In this document: positions 53,091 to 64,000 of the stretch, piece by piece
How the letters are laid out: the number at the start of each line of letters is the position of its first letter
Position numbering within the stretch: position 1 is the first letter of the stretch
DNA from: Octopus vulgaris
Lineage: Eukaryota
Direction: 5' to 3'
Length of the DNA stretch: 64,000 nucleotides
Assembly (NCBI GenBank): GCA_951406725.2
Contig: OX597819.1
Location: 49,104,001-49,168,000, forward strand
Position numbers and translations under genes: made by a program
Notes under the pieces: model-generated
What the model saw: the letters and a program-made list of their open reading frames with translations, nothing else
Told to the model about the DNA's origin: nothing
Database searches by the model: none

Positions 53091-53951
53091 GAAGTTGTAT
53101 CCACAACTATTACAGTATAGTTACTGCTACTACCACTGTGGCAACGTGTTGTACTATTATGTGGTTATGATACTACTACTACTATTACTACTACATTTGC
53201 TGCTACTACTACTGCTGCTACTGTTGCTACTACTACTACTACTACAGTTGCTACTGCTGCTACTACTACTACTACTACTACTACTACAACAGTTGCTGCT
53301 GCTGCTACTACTACTACAACTACTACTACTACTACAACAACTACTACTACTGCTGCAGCTGCTGTTGTTACTACTACTACTACCACCACTACCGTAGCTG
53401 TATCCAGTTCTACTATTATGAATTTACAACCAGCACAGAAGCTGTTCTCCGTAGTACTATTATATGATGACAACAACTACCACAATAGCTGTAGCCAGTA
53501 CTGAAATTGTGTAGTTACAACAACCACTGCTGTATCCAACATCAAAAGAATATTCCTGGTGCTACTACTATTATTTCTGTTGCTCTTACTATTCCTTCTG
53601 TCACTGATGTTGTTGTTGTTGTTGTTGTTATTGTTATTAGGTCCCACGTGAGCCCTGATCAAGCAGTCATGAGCATTCTTTCTTTTTGTATACTAGAATT
53701 ACCATTGTCCAGTGTGTTCTTCCTCTGATAATTTGGTAGGGTTCAGTTTGAGGGTAATATTGGTTACTATTTCTAGTAGGAAAAATGACCACATAAATGT
53801 TCCCTGTTTTTTGTTATTTTGTTCCCTGAATATCTGTACACCTTTAATAATGAAACAGACAAACAGTGAAATAGCGGGAAGGTAAAGACACTGAAGCTGT
53901 AAATGGTGGTGGTGGTGGTGATGGTAGTTGTGGTAGTAGTGGAGGAGGAGA

Positions 53952-53991
<40 letters not shown>

Positions 53992-54615
53992 AAGGTGGTG
54001 AGCTGGCAGAACCATTAGCATGCTGGAGGAAATGCTTAGCGGTATTTCACCCATTGCATCATTCTGAGTTCAAATTCCACCGAGGTCGACTTTGCCTTTC
54101 ATCCTTTCGGGGCCGACAAAACAGGTACCAGTTGAACACTGGGGTCGATATAGTCGACTCATCCCCTCCCATAAAATAGCTGCCCTTGTGGCAAAATTTA
54201 AAACCATTATCATCATTGTCATCATCAACATCATCATTTAAATTTTTAGTGTTGTTGTTGTTGTTGTTGTTGTTAGTAGTAGTAGTAGTGACAACAGTTG
54301 CAGCAGCAATGGTAGAAGTAGTAATTGTATGTATGTATGCATGCATGTATGTTGTATATATGTATGTATGCATGTATGTATGTATGTATGCATACAGACT
54401 TACATGTTAGTAATACCATTGTCTATTGGTGATGCTGGTGATATTTTTGTTACAGTACAGTTATACAACAACAGTAAGTTGTAATAGAACGAACTTGTAT
54501 CATAATTATTATAGTAATCTTGCATGCAATAATATTGTTTATATTACAGCAGCAGTTGTTGCTGTTGCTGCTGCTGCTGCTGCTGCTAGTGCTGCTGCTG
54601 CTGTTGCTGTTATTA
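50410..54615. repeat. Dense island of mixed trinucleotide microsatellites (CTA/CTG/CCA/GTT/TAT/CAT)
   Basis: Seen directly. Contains a family A SINE (50988-51360) and a family B SINE (53992-54206). Confidence 0.9.
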
Positions 54616-54894
54616 ATTCCAGTCAAACACTGATTGAATACACTTATGATCAAAGACACTCCAGCTGTGACCATCTAAATGTCATTTAGTACCATGTCAT
54701 CTAAACAGTCCTTTCCCATTTTTTTAAGGAAGTGGAGCATGGTTTGAGGGAGATTTTGGTTGCTATATCTTATAAGTTGTGCAATCACCTATAGGCTCCT
54801 TGTTTTAGGAATAATAAGTAACAGGATCGCCACTGCATGTGTAGCAGTGGTGTTGGTATCTACTCTGAGGTGTATAACTATTTGTATGAATGAT

Positions 54895-55285
54895 CCGTGC
54901 TGGTGGCACGTAAAAAGCACCATCCGAGCATGGCCGTTCGCCAGCCTCGTCTGGCACCTGTGTCGGTGGCACGTAAAAAGCACCATCCGAGCATGGCCGT
55001 TCGCCAGCCTCGTCTGGCACCTGTGTCGGTGGCACGTAAAAAGCACCATCCGAGCATGGCCGTTCGCCAGCCTCGTCTGGCACCTGTGTCGGTGGCACGT
55101 AAAAAGCACCCACTACACTCACGGAGTGGTTGGCATTAGGAAGGGCATCCAGCTGTAGAAACACTGCCAGATCTGACTGGCCTGGTGCAGCCTTCGGGTT
55201 TCCCAGACCCCAGTTGAACCATCCAACCCATGCTAGCATGGAAAGCGGACGTTAAACGATGATGATGATGATGATGATAATGATG
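54895..55285 (+). mobile_element. Young family E retroposon with three identical 63-bp tandem units
   Basis: Units start at 54902, 54965 and 55028 (partial at 55091), followed by the E tail and (GAT)n. Confidence 0.88.
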
Positions 55286-56198
55286 CTGTTGTTCTTATCA
55301 TTGTATTACCATGGTCAGCTAGAATTAAGCAATCTATGACATAGGAGTACACCATTAAAATCTGAACAACTTTACACCACCATCACCACCACTACCACAA
55401 TCATTATTAAAGGTGTACAGAAATTATTATATTCTTGTTTTTAATAACTTAGGAAACAGAAAGTAGTCCCCACAACCCCTTATAGGGCCTCTAAGACTGA
55501 TTGGTAGAGAGGGAGTTATCTTCTAAATGGAGACCTCCTTTATACGTTTGCAACCACATGTACTTCAATAAAGACACCTCATGAGCCAAAAGGGGTGTTA
55601 AACGAGACAATGGATGAAATGCACAATTCAAAATTAAGAATGGTTTCTCCAACAGGTTTCTATAGTTTCTGTCTGCCAAATTTATATTATAAAGCTTTGG
55701 TCAACTTGAGGCTATTACAGAAGATTTTTGCTCAATGTACTATGCAATGAGAAAGAAACTGAAACCGTATGGTTGTGAAGCAAATTTTTTTTCTATGTAG
55801 CCATGCCTGTTGGAGATTATCAGACCTGAACATATGAAGCATGTCAGTCTATCAGAACTAAACACATCGGATCTAAACATGCAAAACGTGTTAGTCTGTC
55901 AAATCCATAGTCCGAAATATACAAAAAAATGATGGGAAGGTTAAAATTAAAATGTTAAGACATGTGGTAATGAAGTTAATGTAGTTGTAATGTTATAACT
56001 GTAGAAAATAAAGGATGGTTGTTTGTGACATGTGATGACAGTTGTGACACGTGATGGTAGTTGTGACATGTGATGCTAGTTGTGACATGTGATGCTAGTT
56101 GTGACATGTGACACCAGTTGTGACATGTTCGCTTACAAGATCTCGATGTATGAAACGTGTCAGTGTCTCAGACCTAAGCACACAAAGCATGCTATTCT

Positions 56199-56431
56199 TA
56201 TTTCTTTACTGCCCACAAGGGGCTACACACAGAGGGGACAAACAAGGACAGACAAGCAGATTAAGTTGATTATATCGACCCCAGTGCATAACTGGTACTT
56301 ATTTAATCAACCTCAAAAGGATGAAAGGCAAAGTCGACCTCGGCAGAATTTGAACTCAGAACGTAGCAGCAGACAAAAAACCACTTAGCATTTTGCCCAG
56401 TGTGCTAATGTTTCTGCCAGCTTGCCGCCTT
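56199..56431 (-). mobile_element. Family B SINE
   Basis: Full length, with gctattct repeated on both flanks. Confidence 0.85.
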
Positions 56432-56549
56432 TATAGCTATTCTATCAAACCTAATCACATAAAATGTGTCAGTCTATCAGAACTAAACACATCAGATCTA
56501 AACATAGAAAGCGTGATAGTTTGTCAAATCTATGTAGTCCAAAATATAC

Positions 56550-58245
56550 AAAAAATGATGGGGTGGGCAAAACTGGAATGCTAAGACATGTGGTAATGAA
56601 GTTAAAGTAAGAAAACTATTCTCCAATAAAGGGGCAGTAGCTGTTAGATTAATGTATACAAGGAACACTGTCCACATAATGGAACAATAGCAGTAAAGTT
56701 AAGATAAGTAGAAGCACTGACTACATAAAATGCATGGTAGTTGTAAAGTTAAAATAGTAGGAATACGGTCTGCATAAAGGTTCAGTAGCAGTGATGTTAT
56801 AATTGAAAAACTACTGACCATACATAAAGGTAGAGGAGTTGTGAGGTTATGATTATAAAAATACTGTTCACAAAAAAAGTAGAGTAGCTATGAAATTATA
56901 GTTGTAAAAATACCATTCTCTAGGTGGAGTAGTAGTGAGGTTAGAGTAACAGAACTACATCCAAGTAGTTGTGATGTTATAGCTGTAGAAAATAAAGGAT
57001 GGTAGTTTGTGACATGTGATTGTAGTTATGACATGTTAGTCTATCAGAAATCGACACATATCAAAGCTTTGGACCTAAACACACAAAGCATGCTATTCTA
57101 TGAAATCTAAACACATGAAGTATATCAGTTTATCAGACCTTAAACAAGTGAAGCATGTTAGATCCAAGCATATGAAGCTTATTATTCTAGCAGATCGAAA
57201 TGCTTGAAGCATGTTTGCCTGTAAGATACAAACACGTGATGTTATTCTATCGAAACTAAACACACATAAAGTGTGTCAGTCTATCAGACATAAACACATG
57301 AATCATGTTAAGTCTTGCAGATCCAAACACATGTCAGTCACATCGAACCTGTGAGGGAGATTCCTGTTTAGTCACTCAATTCTCCCCTTACCATCTTTTA
57401 AATAGGGACCACATCTTAGGACAGTGTGCCTTACAATAAAGACAGGTTAGTCATGGCTGGATTACCAATCAAATTGTAGAAGGGCAATATTGACCAATGG
57501 GCAAGATACCCTATAATCATGACACGTCAACCTTGTGCACCTGATCAGTGGGCTGCTCTACATTGGTTTGTGCCATAGATCTACTTGAACAGAGATGCCT
57601 GGACCTCTTAAACAATCATAACAACAACCATGGCAGCAACTGTAACAACAGCAAGCCAGTGACACAGTTGCTCACTCTGCTAGAAATAGCAGCCAGTTTT
57701 TCTTAATTCACACCCTACCAATTTGAAACAGGAAAGATATATTAGACAATGTAGTCCAAAATACACACACGCACACACACAAAAGAAGATGGGGTAGTCA
57801 AAACAGGAATGCTAAGACATGTGGTAATGAAGTTGAAGTAAGAAAACTATTCTCTACATAAAGAGACAGTAGCTGTTAGATTAATGTATACAAGGAACAC
57901 TGTCCAAATAATGGAACAATAGCAGTAAAGTTAAGATAAGTAGAAGCACTGACTACATAAAATGCATGGTAGTTGTAAGGTTAAAATAGTAGGAATGCAT
58001 AAAGGTACAGTAGCAGTGATGTTATGATTGAAGAACTACTGACCATATATAAAGGTAGAGGAGTTGTGAGGTTATGATTATAAAAATACTGTTCACAAAA
58101 AAAGTAGAGTTGCTATGAAATTATAGTTGTAAAAATACCATTCACAAGGCGGAGTAGTAGTGAGGTTAGAGTAACAGAACTACTGTCCAAGTAGCTGTGA
58201 TGGATGTTATAGCTGTGGAAAATAAAGGATGGTAATTTGTGACAT
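56550..58245 (+). repeat. Local direct duplication of ~460 bp (56550-57015 and 57783-58245)
   Basis: Colinear and highly similar from ggaatgctaagacatgtggtaatgaag to aaataaaggatggta.tttgtgacat. Confidence 0.9.
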
Positions 58246-61200
58246 CAAGCTACAAGACATCTGACCCTATTGTTTCAACAGATCATAATCTTAACATCCA
58301 GGTCTTTCTCACCTTTTAACAACTATCAGAGGAATACAACTGTACATCTCAGTCAAAAGCATAAAAATTCATTATTGACACATAAATTAATTACTTTAGT
58401 TAACTAAATATAATGTCCTTCATACAGAACTAATTTTCTTCTGAAATCTCTTAAATTTTGTAAGTGAAGGTGGGGGGACAGTAATGGTGATGGTGATAAC
58501 AGGTTATTCTTTGTGCTATTATGGCTAAAGTTGATGGTGAGCTATTACAAATAGTGAAAGGCACTGTAGGTACTTGAAATATTCCTGGAAATTTAAAGTA
58601 TTTTTTAAAAATAGGTATTTAAAATACATAGGTTGAGACTGCTGCAGCCTTGTCTCCTGTTTTACATTTTTTCCACCCCCTCTTTATTACTGTCCCTATT
58701 CCTTACAAATGAACTCCTCTTACTTCATTCATCTCATCAACTTTTTTCTCTCCCATCTCCTCTGCTCTTTGTCGTCTTTTTATTTGTCTCGTTTACTTAT
58801 CATTTACATATTCCTCCTTTTTAATTCATTCATGGCACTGTCTCTCTGCCTGTCTGTATGTATCTCACTCTCTTTCCTTCTAAAAGCCTTTTTTGCTTCT
58901 AAAAGGTGACAGGCTACCATTTCAATTTCTTCCACACATTAGTCTAACTGCAGTACTCTTAATGTAGTCCTTTTACGAAAGGAACAAGAATCTTTTATTA
59001 ATAAAAGGGATGAAAATGAAGGTGAAAAGAAAGCAACAACTATGAAGAAAAATGACAGACAGACATGAAAAGGTAGAATATTACAAACAACAGAAGGAAA
59101 ATGAATTTCAATAAATTTGTCCATCATTAAAAGTAAATAGTTAATCAAAACATTTATAGATAGTTTATTCAAGAACACCTTGAATAAACAAATATCTTTT
59201 GCTAGATATCAAAGCTAGTTTTCCTTGCTTTACACTCTTTTCCCGTCTTAATAAAAGACAAATTGATAGACGATAGTCTTGATATTTTTTTCTATCAATA
59301 TGATCTTTTGATTAGACTTAAAGAGGCAATATGGTCATTTGAATAAACAAAAGTCTTTTTATGTTGTGTTCATTTTATCAACACAGTAATGATGAAAAAC
59401 AGAATTAACTGAATTCTTGAGTGATTCAAAATCTGAAATGTAAAGTTACCAAACTGGACACAACTTTATCATTTGCACCAAATGAACTGTTATCATTTTC
59501 AATCATTACAACAAGTTTATCTAAAACTATATTTTCATAGGCAATACAGCTATTTTCATACTTGATATCTCTATTATACATTTGAATGTATGGCTATTTT
59601 AGGGCTTAGTAGCTTTTTGTTTTCATATTTAACAACATGACTATCTGAAATATATGATATGGATATTCTAAAATTTGATAATAAAACTATTTTGTTTGAT
59701 TTCATCTATTTATTTGTCTAGTCCTGTTTCATGCTGTCATCATGGTGGCTTCTGTAAGTAGTCACATGTTACCCCTGCCGAAATATCTGTTATACATAAC
59801 CGGTGTAACTCAATATTCTCTGGCAATAAATCATATGTATATATCATTTTTAATCATATACACAATAAACAGACATCACATTATATAAATTGATTATAAT
59901 ACTGTTATACTATTGTATTCTGGAGTTTTATATTTAACCTTATAATCCATATATGAAAAAAAATTTCTACAGAAGAATTGAATTAATTTCTATTCAACAA
60001 CTTCCTACTCTTTCTCTGTTATTTCCAATAATATTTTGATTAAAAAAGTGAAGGGAAAAGTTTTTAAAAAAATCTTGTATTATTTTCTTTATCTGACACT
60101 TAATATCTCCTCAAAAAAAGTTTTTGGAATTTACAGAAATGTCACACTAAATAAAAATGTCAGTCTGGGGAATGTAATTATAAAAACAATCATGAAATCA
60201 CCATCATTGTTAAATTTTTGAAAATATCAGATTGGAAAACAGTTGATAATAATAATAATAACAATAATGATGATAATAATGATAAAAATAATTGGAATGA
60301 TGGAAGAAATTGAGTTAAAAATAAAGTAATTAAAAATCTTGAAGAAGCATTATTGAATTTCAGTAGTTCCTAGACATTAACTTTATAATGTCATCTACAA
60401 ATCAATAGGTAATATTTGAGAATGTAATACAAACAGAATGGGAATTGATGACCTTTAAGAAAGCTAATTGAATAAAAGAACCTCTTAAAAAAGAGCATGA
60501 AATATTGTTTTAAGGAAAGGGCGAGAAATGTCTATATAAGATGTAATAAAATAGTAAAAACATACACTGTGAAAGTAGAGTAAAAATGCAGGAAATGATT
60601 TGAAATTCCTTAACAGTCACATGTTGAAGAATCAAGGCTGTCAGAAATGGAAGCATGTAGTAGGATGCCTGTTGAAATATTCTTCTGCTTTCAGTTACAA
60701 CAAGTAAACAGAAAAGAATGAAGGGGGAAATTCCTAATGTAAAAATAGATACAAATCTATCAAAATTCTAAGAGAATTTTTTTTTTTAAGTTGAAATTTT
60801 AAAAAATAAATTTCAAAGTAATTTTCATGTTTAGCTGTAAATTTAGTGTGAAATACCATTGGAATTCAAGAATATTAGCAGACACCCACCTGATAGCAGT
60901 TTGAGGGGATTCCATTCAATTGTTGATGTCACTGCATACCGGCAGAAATTTACTGGAGCAAAGACTGATAGGAAAGGAGTGTAGTAGATGTGTATGTGTA
61001 TGTGCATGTGTGTGGTGTGTGGTGCAGCTGTAGTGACAGAAAATAGGGAGTGGGAACCCAGATGTATATAGTCTTAAAGGAAGCGAAGGATGAGACAGCA
61101 GCCGAAACCCAGCAATTAGTGTAACAGCAACTCCATTACCCTTCTTGAGAATATACTGTGTCATAAACATGCAGACATTTGAAAATCTATATTTGTGCAC

Positions 61201-61913
61201 AGACACACACAAATTCACCTCCTCTCTCACCCGCAAATACATGCACAGATGGAAGCAGCCACATTAATATCATACATACACATTTAAATGCATACATTCA
61301 TTTACAGTGTGAAATGGGTGGGAGTAGCCTGAACCTTCTCTTTTATCTCTCCCCCTTCACACATGCTAAATTCCTTTCTTTCCCTACTTCCCTGTTTATG
61401 CCTGCAATGGATTTTACACTGTCTAAATGCTTCTACTCCCTCACCATTCCAGCAACAGCCCGGCTATGGAGATACTGGCTGCTGATTGGCTGAGCAGAGG
61501 TGGTGGTGGTGGGGACAAAAAGAAAGTGAAAGTAGGGCTTTGCTCGTGCCTCAGACTTATTACCAAGCATCAAGTGACTATTACTCTATCCTTTTATGAC
61601 TATTATTTCTTCTGCTCCCTCTTCCCCGCTTCTTCCAATATTCCTTTATCCTACTGCTATGCACATTGAAATGTTTCCTGTCTATTCCTTCAAGAAGCTA
61701 TGGCTATAATAAAATAATAATCCACCACTCATCATAATCCCTGTTGTTGCCTTCATCAATGATGCTATTCAACAGATTCACCCGGCATTGATTCTGGGTT
61801 GTTCTTGTGTTAATATTCTCTGAAGGAATGTTCGCTGCTTGACTGAGCAACTGGCTGACATGTTAAATAACTGAATAACGTTAGTTCCACTATAAATCGC
61901 TATATGTGTTTAT

Positions 61914-61981
<68 letters not shown>

Positions 61982-62507
61982 TACACATACACACTACAAC
62001 CACAAGTAAACATGCATGGTTGATAGACAACTAGATAATATCATTGAAGTGTGTCTATGTTATTATACTTGTGGAAACGGGGGGGGGGGGGGGGGAATCA
62101 TCTTTACAAAATTTATTTAGTGTTTCGGAAAGTCTAGACACCTAATTAGGGATTATTCCAGACATTTCTTTTCAAATATTCTCAGGGTTTGATTTCTCAT
62201 TTGTCAGCTTTGTCATAGCTAAAATATTCATGAGACTCTATTTTCCAATATCTAAAGAAGCCAAACAAAAATGTATTTTCAATAACCAAAAGCAATGTAC
62301 AAAAACTGTTGTTCTTCTTGCCATTGTTACTGTCATTATCAGCTTTATTATTTCAGTTTTGTATTTTCCTTGCATTCCAAATTACTTTCACTACCTGTAA
62401 CCTCACCATTTTCATACAAACAAGATGTCTCAATGTGGTTGATCAATTTGCTAGATATATCAGCAAAATTTCCCTTAAATCACAACTCTGTGAGCATGGT
62501 TTATAGG

Positions 62508-62690
62508 TACAGGCATGGCTGTGTGGTTCAGAAGCATGCTTTGTGATCATGTGGTTTCAGGTTCAGTCCCAATGTAAGGCACCTTGGGCAAGTGACTTCT
62601 ACTTTAGCTCCAGACTGACCAATACCATGTGAGTGAATTTTTGTAAATGGAAACTGTATTGAAGCCTGTCATTACACACACACACACACA
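62508..62690 (+). mobile_element. Family A SINE 5' half
   Basis: ggcatggctgtgtggttcagaagc...ggttcagtccc...gcaccttgggcaagtg. Confidence 0.75.
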
Positions 62691-64000
62691 CAGGTACTGA
62701 CTCTCTTTCTCACATACAGACATATTGAGTTATAAGCCTTTAACATACTGGTTGTTTATTATAGTTGCATAACAAAACACAGTGTCCTTGCCAGCAATTA
62801 ATATGTACATACCAGTTGCTGGGAATGTGTTAAATATGTAGAGTTGGTAAATCTAACTGTGTTACACTGCTATATTTGGTGGCTATTTAAGCAATGTGGT
62901 CATGGATGGTTAATGTGTTGCTGAAGAAGGAGCAAAATCTCCTGATGCATTCATAAACATCTTTTACCTATTTTTCTATCTTTGATAGCATTGCTTACAG
63001 AGATATATTTGTATATGAAATGTAACTTTCACTACTAGCTATAATTTCTATAGAAAATCTGTGGAGATAACTTTAAAAAGTAATCTATCTGAAGAGAGCA
63101 GTAGACTGCACTTTATTTCTTAAGGCATTTCAGTTATTTAACATTTCCCCTCTCTGTATCCTGAATTGACGAAACACATGACATCTGGAAACCTCTTTAT
63201 AATGAATGCAATTGACTGTGAGATTTTACCAGAAGGGAACAGAAGAACAGAAGTTACCATTCTTGTGTAATAATATCTATGAGTTTACATGTATCTTTTC
63301 TTTCTTTTAAATGCAATGTGAAGAAACAGCAGGAATGAGTAAGAATTGTTAGGGTGTCATAAAATACTTTCCAGTATTTAGTTACGGCTCATTACATTCT
63401 GAGTTCAATTCCTGCTGAGGTCAGCTTTGCCTATGAACCTTAAGTGTTGAAAAAATAAAGTACCAGTCAGATACTAGAGTCAGACTAATTGACGGGTATT
63501 CTACCCTGAAATTGATGCCTTGTACCTATGATAGAAACCAATGCAAAATTAAAATATCTGCCTCACTTATTACACAAAGTATTATTGAATGTGATCACAT
63601 GAGCTAACAAGGAAGCAACTATGTGGTTCATTAAGTTGCTAGAAATAGCTGCCAAATCTCTCTCAATTTACACCTTACTTTCATCTAAAAAGCTACATTG
63701 AATAGTATTGTCTAAGGTACACCTGACCAGACAAATTTAGTAGAGATGGTCATAACTAGAATGTATTTTGATCATAAGTCTGCTCGATATGAACAGACTA
63801 AGGTCAAAACAACAACAACAATAAAGGAGGAATTCCAACCACGTTTCATGGTTTGCTACCTCACCAGCTCCTTTGTAGGATCCAGTGGCTAATGACATCA
63901 TCAGGAGGAACCATGTCTGGTTTCTGCCCCTACTCCTCAACTTTTTTCAACATGGTGTCCCCACAACTTTCGGATGTGAATCAACTCTGGTGTTGAGTAT

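Noticed and set aside
50387-53476. Poly-Leu, poly-Thr and poly-Val ORFs
   Set aside because: These are translations of trinucleotide microsatellites.

Overview
AT-rich eukaryotic non-coding DNA (intronic or intergenic), dense in retroposons and microsatellites. The repeat repertoire resembles that of an octopus-type cephalopod; this is an inference from pattern recall, not a database match. I can support no intact protein-coding gene. The ORF track consists of microsatellite translations, SINE translations and decayed transposon fragments (a mariner N-terminus and RTE-type reverse transcriptase remnants). At least six interspersed families are visible, labelled A-G here (my labels), plus hAT-like and TTAA-flanked MITEs. 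The standout signal is a set of small hammerhead-ribozyme (HHR) retroelements. (1) A 353-bp-period, terminally redundant, highly hairpinned unit at 28654-29030 has a complete type I hammerhead and sits in a (TA)n tract; it looks like a retrozyme or circular-RNA-derived insertion. (2) A tRNA-headed SINE-like family carries a Penelope-type minimal hammerhead (37131-37450; inverted pair at 10313-10770). (3) Further decayed HHR modules lie inside the (TA)n tract of a SINE. Boundaries of older repeats are approximate, and all RNA folds were paired by eye.
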